Part shown: in pieces, positions 1 to 10,162 of the stretch
Numbering within the stretch: the first letter of the stretch is position 1
Layout: the number at the start of each line of letters is the position of its first letter
Origin: Bdellovibrionales bacterium
GTDB taxonomy: Bacteria; Bdellovibrionota; Bdellovibrionia; Bdellovibrionales; UBA1609
Reading direction: 5' to 3'
DNA: 64,000 bases
Assembly (NCBI GenBank): GCA_965261545.1
Contig: CBDHDF010000002.1
Location: 197,080 to 261,079 of the forward strand
The notes under the pieces: generated by a model
Seen by the model: the letters and a program-made list of their open reading frames with translations, nothing else
Told to the model about the DNA's origin: nothing
Databases searched by the model: none
Made by a program: the position numbers and the translations under genes

Positions 1-176
1 TTGAAAAAAGTGATGATTTTCATGGTCGCCTCATAATGGTAATGAGAGTCTGTGACTCTTGAACAAACCATTTTAATTCAGGGGTTCCATTGTCTTTAAG
101 AGATTTCTTGGTGTGGTGTATGCCAAATTTGAAGCGGCAGCCAAGCTCAGTCATGTTTGATTTGTGACAGATGGAG

Positions 177-518
177 CTACGATACCTTTTGAACGAGGGC
201 TGAAAAAGCGATGGGGTCTGCCACGGCCATATCGGAAAGAATTTTGCGGTTCAAGGTAACATTGGCTTTGTTGAGGGCCCCTATCAATTTGGAGTAGGTG
301 GTGCCATTGTATCGAGCGGCCGCATTGATGCGCTGAGTCCATAGTTTGCGAAACTCACGTTTGCGGACTTTTCGATCCCGGTAGGCATAGGCCATCCCAC
401 GCTCACTCTTCTCGGCAGCCACAGTGTAACAGCGACTGTTGGAGCCACGGTAACCACTGGCTCTTGCCAAAACCTTATTGCGACGACGACGAGCTTTGCA
501 GCCTCTTTTGACTCTCAT
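177..518 (-). CDS. rplT: 50S ribosomal protein L20
   Basis: MRVKRG...AYAYRDRKVRKREFRKLWTQRINAAAR...LNRKILSDMA; directly downstream of rpmI. Confidence 0.97.
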   Translation of the reverse strand: MRVKRGCKARRRRNKVLARASGYRGSNSRCYTVAAEKSERGMAYAYRDRKVRKREFRKLWTQRINAAARYNGTTYSKLIGALNKANVTLNRKILSDMAVADPIAFSALVQKVS

Positions 519-530
519 TTTTAATTTCTC

Positions 531-728
531 CTATAAATTGAGCATGCGTGTGACTTGGTATTCATTGGCAGGGTCCACATAGGTCATCATTCCCAGGTGG
601 CGTTTGCGTTTGGAGGAGTGTTGGTAAAGGCGGTGGCGAAGGTTGCATTTTTTTCTCTTGACCTTACCTCCGGGGAGAGCACGTAGACGCTTTTTAGCTC
701 CGCTGTGGGTTTTTAATTTCAACTTCAT
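531..728 (-). CDS. rpmI: 50S ribosomal protein L35
   Basis: MKLKLKTHSGAKKR...SKRKRHL motif, 65 aa, GGAG RBS, upstream of rplT. Confidence 0.95.
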   Translation of the reverse strand: MKLKLKTHSGAKKRLRALPGGKVKRKKCNLRHRLYQHSSKRKRHLGMMTYVDPANEYQVTRMLNL

Positions 729-891
729 TGTTATCTCCTAGATTCATCTTTTTACACTCATCTTTAAAAGAGGAACTGTACAATAGCATAAATGATTGTC
801 TAGTTCCTATTTTTCTTTCATCTTTATAATTTTTTAATTATTGCTATGTATCATTTTTTATTTTCTTTATTTTCTTTATTTTCTTTATTTC

Positions 892-1611
892 CTATTTTTG
901 ATCTTCGTGGGCAAATTTCATCTCCATGGGCAAAGACCAATCAATGGGTTTGATATCATGTTGCTTTAAGTAAGCATTTGCTTTGGAAAAGTGCTTGCAG
1001 CCGAAAAATCCACGGTGAGCAGAAAGCGGGGAGGGGTGGGGAGCCTTTAAAATGCAGTGGCGATGCTTATTAATAAAATCCCCTTTCCTTTGAGCATAGC
1101 TCCCCCAGAGCATAAATACAAGATTTTGTCTTTGCTCGTTGAGGGCTTCAATGGCTCGGTCGGTAAAGAGTTCCCAGCCCTTTCCTTGGTGGGAACCAGC
1201 ATGTCCAGCCTCCACGGACAGTGTTGCATTGAGAAGAAGAACACCTTGGTTGGCCCAATTGAGGAGGTATCCATGGGAGGGGGGAGAAAACCCTATATCT
1301 GAGGCCAGCTCTTTGTAAATATTGACCAACGAAGGAGGAATAGAAACCTTAGGTCTTACGGAGAAACAAAGGCCATGGGCTTGGTGGGGACCATGGTAGG
1401 GGTCTTGACCGAGAATAACAATTTTGACACAATCTAGCGGTGTTTGGTCAAAGGCTGCAAAAAACTGGCGACCTGGAGGAAAGATAACTTTTTTCTTCTT
1501 TTTGATTTCCTGGACCAAGAAGTTTTTTAGATTCCTCATGTAGTCTTTGTCGAACTCTGACAGGAGAGCTTTTTTCCATGTTTCTTCAAGTTTGATATTG
1601 CTGGAATTCAT
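892..1611 (-). CDS. ung: Uracil-DNA glycosylase (family 1)
   Basis: [31 protein letters not shown] and HPSPLS motifs. Confidence 0.97.
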   Translation of the reverse strand: MNSSNIKLEETWKKALLSEFDKDYMRNLKNFLVQEIKKKKKVIFPPGRQFFAAFDQTPLDCVKIVILGQDPYHGPHQAHGLCFSVRPKVSIPPSLVNIYKELASDIGFSPPSHGYLLNWANQGVLLLNATLSVEAGHAGSHQGKGWELFTDRAIEALNEQRQNLVFMLWGSYAQRKGDFINKHRHCILKAPHPSPLSAHRGFFGCKHFSKANAYLKQHDIKPIDWSLPMEMKFAHEDQK

Positions 1612-1754
1612 GGCTCAAAGGCCTATCACTTCAGGCTTAAGAAGGCCACTCTTCATGAGTTATTTAGTAGAGCTGTGAGGATGCGATGCATTAAATTTTC
1701 TGTAAAACCTGTGAAATCTGCTTGAAAAATCTGGTTTAGAACTTATCATGCCCC

Positions 1755-2075
1755 ATGGCTTCAAGCAACCCACCCCTATTTATGATTCACTACCGTGATG
1801 CGAAGGAAGGTGAAACCTTTTCATTGAAGGCCCGTCAGGTTTCAGATTCCACATTGGGTCTTAGTTTTGTGTGTATTTCCGACTTTGTCTTTGATGTGGG
1901 CTCCTTGGTGATCAAGCCAGCAGAAGAGCAACTCAAAAAGAAATTAGAGAATGTCAAAAGTCTTCACTTGTCCATTTATAGTATTACTTCTATTGAAGAG
2001 CTTAGTGAGAAGAGTCTTAGTTTTAAGCAGGACAAGTCTAAGCTGCTGGTTCTATCTTCCAAGGATTTATCTTAA
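1755..2075 (+). CDS. Small hypothetical protein, DUF1820-like
   Basis: 106-aa ORF; LKARQVSDS..LSFVCISDFVF...LVIKPAEEQLKKKLENVKSLHLSIYSITSIEE resembles the DUF1820 pattern (recalled, not searched). Confidence 0.55.
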   Translation: MASSNPPLFMIHYRDAKEGETFSLKARQVSDSTLGLSFVCISDFVFDVGSLVIKPAEEQLKKKLENVKSLHLSIYSITSIEELSEKSLSFKQDKSKLLVLSSKDLS

Positions 2076-2259
2076 ATATCTTATAAAAATACCTTATAAA
2101 AGAATTTATCTTAAATTTATAGCTTGTCACTGGCGGCTTTAGGCGAGAAAATTATGTGAGCCATGTAAGCCAAACCATAATCCATGTGAGTGTAAGTTGT
2201 GTTACATTTACTGGATATTTGTCTTGATTCTCCTTAGAATTTTAAGTCTAGGGTAGAGT

Positions 2260-4494
2260 ATGACGAAAAGTCTTTTAGGTATTTTGCACAAATACAAATG
2301 GAGTCTGGTGAGTATGAATCATTCTATGAGCTTATTTTATATTCTATATCGCATTCTATGTCATACTCTCTCCCACTTTGTTTATATTGCCGGTCACATT
2401 GTTATACTTATGGCTCTCCATCTAACTATTTGGATGGGACTTTCACCCAAGGCCATGGCCAACTTTGGTATGATGGCAGGGGCAGGGGCCTATGGAGCCT
2501 TTCAAGGCTGCCCCGGTGGTTACGAAGAAAGTGAAGAGTTGAGTGATGCGAAAAAAGACATTCGTCAAATAAAAAAGGATCGAAAAAAGCTTAAAAAGAA
2601 GATTAAAAAAGAACAAAAAAAACTTAAAAAAATCTATGGCTACAATAAGCGTGGTGGCAAGAGGGGAGAAGCTTTCAAAGAGTTGAAAAGGCATCTCAAT
2701 AGGTCTGTGGTCAGTCAAGTTCAAGATCACGCTCGCAATCCCGGTCGAGATCGTTACACCTATAAGGATGCCTGCGGAGGGGAGCCAAAAGGGGGGGGAA
2801 GTACCTCAGAGGAGAAAGGTGATGAAGCTTCAGGGGAGGAAGGTGGGGAGGAAGGTAATGAAGATTCCTCAGACAGTGCGTCTTCAAGCTCTAGTTCTAC
2901 CCCAGCTGATTCTTTTGGTTCCCTCCTTGTTGGGGGGAGTGGTTCCGGTGGAAGTGATGATGATCCAGAAATTGATCCCCTCCATGATCATGGCTCTATA
3001 GATGTCAGTGAGAGAGCCTTTTGCCATAAGGGTGTGGATACATGGGATCGGGTCGCTTTGGCTGAAGGTGAGGTGAATGGCCTTATTTGTCAAATAGGCC
3101 CCCTTATAAAAAGTCGAAGTCAAGATGACATTGGTGATTGTCAGACAGCCCTTGAAGATTACACTGAATACTCCAAAGACATTTATGAAATAGAAAGAAA
3201 AGTAGACGCCCTTAAGCGGGAGTTGAAGTCCAAGGGTAAAGAATTAGAGTTTGCCAAAGAAGAGAAGGATCGCGCTCAAGAAGAACTTAGGGACGAAATA
3301 ACAGAGGGAGGTTGTCCCAGTGGCGAGTGCTGGGGTGTGCCCACTCGCCCTCGAGTGTCCACAGGTCGACTTTTGGGAGGAATAGCGACGACGGTTCTAG
3401 GTGGTTACTTGGGTTATAGAGGGGCTAAGCTTATAGGGGGGAGAAATGAGCGGCTTGGCTACCCTTCCAGCCCCTCTCTTGGCTTGGGTGGAGCGATGGC
3501 GGGGATGGCCCTTGGAAATGGCATTTACAGTGCTGCCGGAGGTTATGGATGTGCTGGTGCCATGGGGGCCGGAGGTTTATATGGAGGCTATGGTGGCCTT
3601 GCGGGTGGCATGTATCCTCCCCTTGTCGGTGGGGCTTTTGGTTACCCACGAGGTATGTTTCCTAGGGGAGGGGCTTACCCCGGTGGTTTTGCTGGCGGAA
3701 TAGGTGGCGGTTTTGGTTTTCCTGGTGGAATAGGGGGGGGCTACCCCGGTGGTTTTGCTGGCGGAATAGGTGGCGGTTTTGGTTTTCCTGGTGGAATAGG
3801 GGGGGGCTACCCCGGTGGTTTTGCTGGCGGAATAGGTGGCGGTTTTGGTTTTCCTGGTGGAATAGGAGGGGCTTACCCCGGTGGTTTTGGTTTCCCCGGT
3901 GGCATTGCTGGCGGGATAGGTGGCGGAATAGGTGGCGGTTTTGGTTTTCCTGGCGGAATAGGGGGGGCCTACCCCGGTGGCATTGCTGGCGGGATAGGTG
4001 GCGGTTTTGGTTTTCCTGGCGGAATAGGGGGGGCCTACCCCGGTGGCATTGCTGGCGGGATAGGTGGCGGAATAGGTGGCGGTTTTGGTTTTCCTGGCGG
4101 AATAGGGGGGGCCTACCCCGGTGGCATTGCTGGCGGGATAGGTGGCGGAATAGGAGGGGCTTACCCCGGCGGTTTTGGTTTCCCTGGCGGAATAGGTGGC
4201 GGGATAGGTGGAGGAATTGCCGGGGGTGGTGGTGCACAGTATCTTGAGATGCAACAGAGAAGGTTGGCGCAATATCAGGCTCAACTCCAAGCTCAATCAC
4301 AAAAGCAGGCCGTTGTTTCAAGGCTCTACGGAGAAATCCAAAAGCTTCAAACACAAATTGTTCAAATTTCTCAAGGGGGAGGTGTTTTAGGTGGAGGAAT
4401 CTCCATTAACCCTGGTCCAGTGAGAGGAGACCCCAACTTGGGTTCTGGTCGTCGCAGGAGTCGAAGGGGCGGCGGTATCCGCCGGGGTCGTTAA
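2260..4494 (+). CDS. Glycine-rich repeat protein with coiled coils, probably exported; true start may be downstream of 2260
   Basis: 744-aa ORF: signal-like ...GLSPKAMA, two coiled-coil segments, Ser/Glu linker, Gly-zipper-like helices, Gly repeat block, Gln-rich and Arg-rich tail. Confidence 0.8.
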   Translation: MTKSLLGILHKYKWSLVSMNHSMSLFYILYRILCHTLSHFVYIAGHIVILMALHLTIWMGLSPKAMANFGMMAGAGAYGAFQGCPGGYEESEELSDAKKDIRQIKKDRKKLKKKIKKEQKKLKKIYGYNKRGGKRGEAFKELKRHLNRSVVSQVQDHARNPGRDRYTYKDACGGEPKGGGSTSEEKGDEASGEEGGEEGNEDSSDSASSSSSSTPADSFGSLLVGGSGSGGSDDDPEIDPLHDHGSIDVSERAFCHKGVDTWDRVALAEGEVNGLICQIGPLIKSRSQDDIGDCQTALEDYTEYSKDIYEIERKVDALKRELKSKGKELEFAKEEKDRAQEELRDEITEGGCPSGECWGVPTRPRVSTGRLLGGIATTVLGGYLGYRGAKLIGGRNERLGYPSSPSLGLGGAMAGMALGNGIYSAAGGYGCAGAMGAGGLYGGYGGLAGGMYPPLVGGAFGYPRGMFPRGGAYPGGFAGGIGGGFGFPGGIGGGYPGGFAGGIGGGFGFPGGIGGGYPGGFAGGIGGGFGFPGGIGGAYPGGFGFPGGIAGGIGGGIGGGFGFPGGIGGAYPGGIAGGIGGGFGFPGGIGGAYPGGIAGGIGGGIGGGFGFPGGIGGAYPGGIAGGIGGGIGGAYPGGFGFPGGIGGGIGGGIAGGGGAQYLEMQQRRLAQYQAQLQAQSQKQAVVSRLYGEIQKLQTQIVQISQGGGVLGGGISINPGPVRGDPNLGSGRRRSRRGGGIRRGR
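3662..4225 (+). repeat. Coding tandem repeat, about 66-bp unit (GGAYPGGFAGGIGGGFGFPGGI and permutations)
   Basis: Repeated taccccggtggt / gctggcggaataggtggcggttttggttttcctgg blocks. Confidence 0.95.
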
Positions 4495-4505
4495 TTCTTT
4501 TCATT

Positions 4506-5738
4506 CTAAAAACCATAGTGATGGGGTTGCTTTTCTTCTGAGGTGGAAGAATTTGTTGGCGATAAGGGATTTTGTGGTGGGCGTCTCATGGAAGGGAAGC
4601 TAGGGCCGTGAAGGTGGTTGGAGTGGCTTGTTGTTTTCTTGGAATGTCTTTGTTGTAAATGGAGCCATCCGAGGGTCACGGTTCCCACGGCTATCCATAG
4701 CCACTTGTTTTTTAGCAAAGGAGAAGACCCCTTGCTGGAAGCTTCCTTGTGAGATTCTGAGCCCTTGGGTAAGGAGAGGAGGGTGGGGTATCCTGGGGGG
4801 TTCGTGAGGCTATGGCTTGTTGCTGCTGTTGCTTTCGTTAAGTCCGATAGTTTTAGCTCTTTTGAGGGTTCATAAATACAATGTTTTGAAAAATAAACAG
4901 GCCATGGGAAGTTCTGGACTTCACCGTGGGTGCAGCCTCCATGGGCAAGAGCTTTCTTTATAGGTTGCCAACTGGCAAGATTTTTCCCTCTTATTCTCAC
5001 ACTTTGACTGTGGAGGGTGTCAGAAAAAAGTGAAAGTCTTAAGATACCTTGGGGAATTTTTATCTTTTCATTTGATAAGCTTACCTTCTTTCCATTCATT
5101 TTAATGACGTTATAGCTTTTATGTATTTTCTTAGGATTCCAGTAAGCCCATTGGTAATTTTTTTGAATCCTCTTAAAGTTCAACCGGAGCTTTTCACTAA
5201 AAAGCTTTGGATCGGGCTGAAAGTGGTGGTCTAATTCTAGGGCTTGGGTGATGAGCTTATCTCTTTCTTTCTTTGAATGAGCCCATTGAGCTCTTCTTAG
5301 AAATGAGTAATAGATCACAAGGCGATGCTCATCATTCCAGTCGGCATGATGAGCTAGATTTGTCACTTTTTCAAACTGAATTTTGGCATTGTCGAGATCA
5401 TGATTTAAGTAATTTTCTTGAGCTTGCATTAGGTGGAGGCGCAACTCTTTCCATTGAGATGGTCTAGAGAGAGCCTCTTTCATTGCGGTTTTGTGGTAGG
5501 GTTCATACTCTCCATGAATATGAATATAGGCAAGATACTCCACCTTATTTGCTGAAATAGATTGAACTAGGGGAATTTTAGGGTTTGCTGATAGGTTGGA
5601 GTCAACCACCATAGAGAGTAAGCATAAAAAGCATCTGTAAAAACATTTGTAAAAAAATATGTAAAAATATGGGTAAGAATATTTATAAGGGAATTTATAA
5701 AAATATTTATATAGGGATCCAATTGTAGCTTTCTGCAT
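4506..5738 (-). CDS. Hypothetical exported/membrane protein with TPR-like helices
   Basis: 410-aa ORF; LMQAQENYLNHDLDNAKIQFEKV helix pair; C-terminal KNKWLWIAVGTVTLGW anchor; low-complexity N-terminus, so true start uncertain. Confidence 0.65.
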   Translation of the reverse strand: MQKATIGSLYKYFYKFPYKYSYPYFYIFFYKCFYRCFLCLLSMVVDSNLSANPKIPLVQSISANKVEYLAYIHIHGEYEPYHKTAMKEALSRPSQWKELRLHLMQAQENYLNHDLDNAKIQFEKVTNLAHHADWNDEHRLVIYYSFLRRAQWAHSKKERDKLITQALELDHHFQPDPKLFSEKLRLNFKRIQKNYQWAYWNPKKIHKSYNVIKMNGKKVSLSNEKIKIPQGILRLSLFSDTLHSQSVRIRGKNLASWQPIKKALAHGGCTHGEVQNFPWPVYFSKHCIYEPSKELKLSDLTKATAATSHSLTNPPGYPTLLSLPKGSESHKEASSKGSSPLLKNKWLWIAVGTVTLGWLHLQQRHSKKTTSHSNHLHGPSFPSMRRPPQNPLSPTNSSTSEEKQPHHYGF

Positions 5739-6278
5739 TTTAATTTTCTCCTCGACTATTTCCTATGATAATACGACGCCTTAATTTTTTATTTTGTTTT
5801 TTAATAAAATGCATCTTCATTTTCTTAGGATTTTGAACTACCACCTGGAAGGGGCCTGGATGCTTTACAATTCTATGTGCTTCTTCTTCAGGGGAAAGAA
5901 CAGCAAATAGGGAAGGGTTTATAGGGCTTCTCACAATCTTGATAGCTTTAGCGATGGGAAGATGTTTTTCCGATGAGATTTGAGGTGTATGGTAGAGATC
6001 CACAACACCAAATTTCCCAATGACAAGATCGAGAGATTCGTGATTTTGTATCTCGATGGGAACGAGAACAAAGCCTTCGGGGATGTAGGTGTCAAGGCTT
6101 CCTTGGGTGGGTTGAATCCTATTGGAAGAAGGAATCTTTGGGTGGATAGACCTTGTTGCAAAATTTCACCTAGTTTGACCCACCCGATTTCACGAAGTTT
6201 GACCCACTGAATTTCACCAAACATTGACCCACTTAGATCTTCATAGATATTCTTTCTGCGCTACGCATTAACGAGGAG

Positions 6279-7802
6279 GTGTCTATGGGCAAACAAGGTA
6301 AGAAAAAAGGAGCAAGAATGATCAACAATATTAAGAAATACATAGAGCTTGGACTCAGTTCGAGACAAATAGCTCGAGCTATGGGTGTTAGTCGGAACAC
6401 TGTGAAGAAGTATGTGAAGGATAGTCCCGGAGGCCCTAACAGCCGCTCAAAGGGGTCGCATGGGCCCCTACCAAGCCCCATGGTCATCCAAGGTGAATTG
6501 GACAGATGTTCGCCTCAAGCAAAGCCTAGGGACTCAATTGGCTCATTACTGGGAGCGACATATTCAGTCCGAGATTGACGGTGTGAGTTATCTTTCTTTT
6601 TGGAGAGAGTTTCGTCGGAGGCACCCAAGTATAAAGCTTGATATGCACCAGACATTCACCCCTGGTGAACGGAGTGAGTTTGACTATAAGGGAAAAGACT
6701 CTTGTTTTGGCTATACAGATGCCAAGACTGGGGAGTTCATCCCATGTCGATTATTTGGAATGATACTTCCATCGAGTCAGTTTTTCTTTCCATGCGCCAC
6801 ATTAACAGAGCAGCGGGAAGATGTTTTTTCCTCCATAGCTTCTGGTTTTGAGTTTTTTGGTGGTGTGACCGGAACCATTGCTTTTGATAACGCAAAGGTT
6901 CAAGTGACAAGAGCTGATACTTATGACCCCGATATTAACTCTGAGTTTCACCTCTTGTGTGATCACTACAATGTGGCTCCTTTGGCGATGAGGCCATCTC
7001 GCCCCAAAGACAAGAGTCTTATCGAAAATACCCTTGGAGTCTTTTGGCGCTGGTCTTGGCCCCAGATAAGAGAGCGGCAAATGTATTCTCTAGCAGACAT
7101 CAACGCTGAGTTGAAGCATTTGGCAGCTATTTTCAATGATCGTATTCAAAAAAAGTATGGGTTGAGTCGTCGACAGAAGTTTGAATCTTTTGAGAAGTCA
7201 AAATTGAATCCTCTTCCTGAAAGACGCTATGAGAGTGGATTCTGGAAGCATTCCAAGGTTCATCCGGATTGTCACATTCAATATAACTACAATTTTTACT
7301 CTGTTCCTTATAAGCATCGCGGCAAGAAGTTAGATATTCGTATTAGCCAACAATGCTTGGAGGTTTATTCAGAATTAGAGCGGGTGGCGATACATCACAT
7401 CCCCCAGGGCAGTCGAGGGCGCTACTTTACGACAAAATCTCATCTCCCTGAGTCCCACCGGGCCATTTTAGAGCAAACGCCACAAAATGTACTTAAAGAG
7501 GCATCAAGCCTTGGAGAAAGCATTCACAAAGTTGCCGAGCGGCTTATCAAAGAGCCTCGCCATCCGCTTATGTATCTTCGTCGTGTTCAGGGGATACTCA
7601 ATCTAAGAAAACGGTATTCAACAGCTTCTTTGGAGCAGGCTTGCTCATTTTTGTAGATGCAGCTTTAAGTGACATTAGGGTTCGTGGAGTTGAGAAAGTC
7701 ATTTCAGCAAAAAGTCATCGAAAAGAGGAGCCAAGAGTCTGCCGTCAACCTAATGAAAATTTAAGAGGTTCAGAGCACTGGGAGAATGCTTGCCGCCACT
7801 AA
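6279..7802 (+). pseudogene. istA: IS21 transposase IstA with two frameshifts
   Basis: Relative to intact copy 58336-59859: +1 C at ~6464-6467 and -1 T at ~7647-7651, both in homopolymers (may be sequencing errors). Confidence 0.85.
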
Positions 7803-7883
7803 TCACATAGCCCCGGTGGGTGGTTCTCAACCACCTAACGGGTCATTTTGACCTCCATAAGAGAGGTCGTATAGGAGAAGAAA

Positions 7884-8612
7884 ATGATTAAACAAACAGA
7901 AAATTTATTAGAGATATTAAAAATGAGGGGAGTTTTAGCAACCTTGAGCCAGAGGCTCAAAGAAGCTGAGGAGCAGGATCTTGGTTACGAGGACTTTCTA
8001 AATGTCATCTTTGAGGACGAAAAAATCCATCGTGAAAATCAGAAGGTCTCAAGACTTATCAAAAGAGCAGCTTTGCAGCAAAAAGCAAGCCTTGAGGCCT
8101 TTGAAACCAAATCCAACCGAGGAGTCGATCGAAGAGTTTTGAGTGATCTAGCCCTTATGAGATTTGCTCAAAGAGGTCAAAATATAATTATCTCTGGCCC
8201 AACGGGTGTTGGAAAGTCATATTTGGCTTGTGCCATAGGTAATCACGCCTGTCGCCAAGGTTTTTCCACTCAGTTCTTCAGAATGAATACTCTTGTTGAA
8301 AAATTCAACTTAGAAAGAGCCCAGGGGACATATCTAAACTTCCTTAAAAGGCTAAAATCAGTCTCGATACTTGTGTTGGATGATTTTGGTATCAAGCCCC
8401 TTACCTCTAACCAATATCAAGACCTTTACGATGTGATTGATGAACGAGGCCCTGACCTGAGCCTCATTCTTACAACCCAACTTCCAATAAAAAATTGGAG
8501 TGAAGTCATTGAGGATCCCATCGTTTGTGAAGCTATTATGGATCGCATAACCTCTCAAGCTATCAAAATAGCCATGTCTGGAAGCTCATTTAGGCAGAAA
8601 AAGACGATTTAA
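7884..8612 (+). CDS. istB: IS21 helper ATPase IstB
   Basis: Walker A GPTGVGKS, Walker B LVLDDFG, AIMDRI. Confidence 0.96.
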   Translation: MIKQTENLLEILKMRGVLATLSQRLKEAEEQDLGYEDFLNVIFEDEKIHRENQKVSRLIKRAALQQKASLEAFETKSNRGVDRRVLSDLALMRFAQRGQNIIISGPTGVGKSYLACAIGNHACRQGFSTQFFRMNTLVEKFNLERAQGTYLNFLKRLKSVSILVLDDFGIKPLTSNQYQDLYDVIDERGPDLSLILTTQLPIKNWSEVIEDPIVCEAIMDRITSQAIKIAMSGSSFRQKKTI

Positions 8613-8621
8613 GGAGAATCC

Positions 8622-9028
8622 ATCAAAGGCAGACCTTGGAAGACACCATCGGGAGACACTCCATCGGAACTATTGAATCATGTACCCGCCAGTTATCCAC
8701 AAAATTTACCCACGGCAGCGCTGCGTTGATAGACATCGGGGTCACAGACGCAGCGTCACCATGGATAAATTTGTGGATAACTGGCTCGCTATTCTCTGCC
8801 ATTTTGAGCAATGGATTCAACATCCCCATCGAAAAACCCTCCATTGAAACCTCAGAAATGGGGAGGGTCGAGATTCTCAATGACAAAGTGGCCAATTTTA
8901 GTTGGCATCTAACATTCTGGCAAATAAGCCTTAACCCACCGTTGGGACATCGTGACATTGAGGGTGTAAAAGTTACTGAGTCAGCAGAAAAAAGAAGGTT
9001 TAAATTGACAAAGTTTGAGCCACCGTGA
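8622..9028 (+). CDS. IS21 passenger ORF; ATG lost in this copy (ATC; alternative TTG at 8636)
   Basis: Matches 60679-61086 except that one G of the start codon is missing. Confidence 0.5.
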
Positions 9029-9298
9029 AATTCAAAATTGGACCTCAAATTGACTGACTGAGGGGTGGGTCAAACTTCGTGAAATTCAGTGGGTCAAACT
9101 CGTGAAATTCAGCATTGTTAAGGACCAAGTGATACCAGCAGAAACTAGAGCCCCCAAAATATAAATATAATAAAAGGGGCACTTTTTAATCTTTTGAGAC
9201 CATATTTCTTTCTTCATATAATTCATATAATTGTTCCACATAAAGCTTTTCCATTTGTAATTTCTCCATTTGTAAAGATGCATTATGTGCCTACCTTT

Positions 9299-9625
9299 TT
9301 AGATAATTTTTTTATGATTGTATCTTTTATATTGATATTTATGAATATTTTCCTTAGCCTTTTGAGTCATTTGTGAAGCTATAAAAATAAAGCTCAATAG
9401 GAAAAGAGTGAGAATAAGAAATTCGATCAAGGCTTGTCCATTTTCAGTGAGAAGATTTGACCTCTTCTCATCACTGAGAAGATTTGACCTCTTCTCAGTG
9501 AGAAGATTTGACCTCTTCTCAGTGAGAAGATTTGACCTCTTCTCAGTGAGAAGATTTGAATAGGGTGGTGTTTTTAGAAAATCGATACTCACAGCTTCTC
9601 CAAACTCACAGTTCTTCAAAATCAT
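9299..9625 (-). CDS. TadE-like minor prepilin with repeat-expanded leader
   Basis: ENG|QALIEF prepilin motif followed by a hydrophobic helix. Confidence 0.75.
   Translation of the reverse strand: MILKNCEFGEAVSIDFLKTPPYSNLLTEKRSNLLTEKRSNLLTEKRSNLLSDEKRSNLLTENGQALIEFLILTLFLLSFIFIASQMTQKAKENIHKYQYKRYNHKKII
9444..9559. repeat. About 5 x 24-bp tandem repeat with internal palindrome, encoding SNLLTEKR
   Basis: Unit tcagtgagaagatttgacctcttc; CTTCTCA-G-TGAGAAG inverted repeat at unit junctions. Confidence 0.92.
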
Positions 9626-9651
9626 AATATCTTCTAAATCAAATATTAAAT

Positions 9652-10155
9652 CTAAAGAAAAATATTTTTGACTCTCTTTCTTTTCTTGTAAAGATCCTTA
9701 TAGCTGAGCTTTAGTTTTTTTTGGAAGGTTCTTCCATGGAAAGTCCACTTGAGTTGAGCTGAGTACTTACCTCTGTCATGGTAGAGCTTGAGATGGGTAA
9801 CTTTTCCAAATGGGAGATAATCATCGATGCTTTTCATGACAGACTTTTCACAGATATATCTGCTTTTTTGTTCCATTATACATATAAGTCCCTCGTACAG
9901 ATTATGTTGATTCCAAAGACCTGCACAGCACACGTAGATAACTTTTAGAAAAAAGGCAATCATTCCCAAACCCATGGCGATAGAGATAGAGGTTTCTACA
10001 ATTGAGACACCCTTTGAGTTCTTTATAATTATTGACAGTAGACTTTTTTGTGATAGACCACTGAATTGTGTGAGCCCTTTGGATCGTAAGAGTCCTATGA
10101 GTTGTGGTTCTTTTTGCAGTGGATCCTTTCGTGGAAATATTTTGGATAACAACAC
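9652..10155 (-). CDS. TadE-like prepilin/pseudopilin
   Basis: NSKG|VSIVE motif plus hydrophobic helix (ISIAMGLGMIAFFLKVIYV). Confidence 0.7.
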   Translation of the reverse strand: MLLSKIFPRKDPLQKEPQLIGLLRSKGLTQFSGLSQKSLLSIIIKNSKGVSIVETSISIAMGLGMIAFFLKVIYVCCAGLWNQHNLYEGLICIMEQKSRYICEKSVMKSIDDYLPFGKVTHLKLYHDRGKYSAQLKWTFHGRTFQKKLKLSYKDLYKKRKRVKNIFL

Positions 10156-10162
10156 AAATGGC

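Larger units (their letters stand above)
6157..9114 (+). mobile_element. IS21-family element, copy 1 (2958 bp)
   Basis: TG...CA ends with arrays of ~24-bp aatttcac..tttgacccac repeats, istA-istB, 4-bp TSD TTGT (6153-6156 / 9115-9118); near-identical to 58190-61149. Confidence 0.95.
5740..9283 (-). pseudogene. CpaB/RcpC-like Flp pilus assembly gene split by IS21 (pieces 9115-9283 and 5740-6156)
   Basis: Removing 6157-9114 and one TTGT joins ...LGALVSAGITWSLT-RSIHPK...DTYIPEGFVLVPIEIQNHESLDLVIGKFGVVDLY... in frame with no stop to 5740; last gene of the prepilin cluster. Confidence 0.7.

Noticed and set aside
3431-4354. Long minus-strand ORFs (3577-4296, 3662-4354) with repetitive sequence
   Set aside because: Antisense shadows of the Gly-rich repeat; stop-free only because of the repeat's codon composition.
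5931-6224. ORFs starting MFGEIQWVKL (also 58099-58281)
   Set aside because: Produced by reading outward through the IS21 left-end repeats.
6157-6235. Repeat arrays at IS21 ends (also 58190-58292) and at 9444-9559 as possible CRISPR arrays
   Set aside because: Units are contiguous with no unique spacers, and there are no cas genes; they are explained as IS21 terminal repeats and a coding tandem repeat.
6464-7651. Compensating +1/-1 indels in istA copy 1 as programmed recoding
   Set aside because: Both are in homopolymers and absent from copy 2; mutation or sequencing error is simpler.
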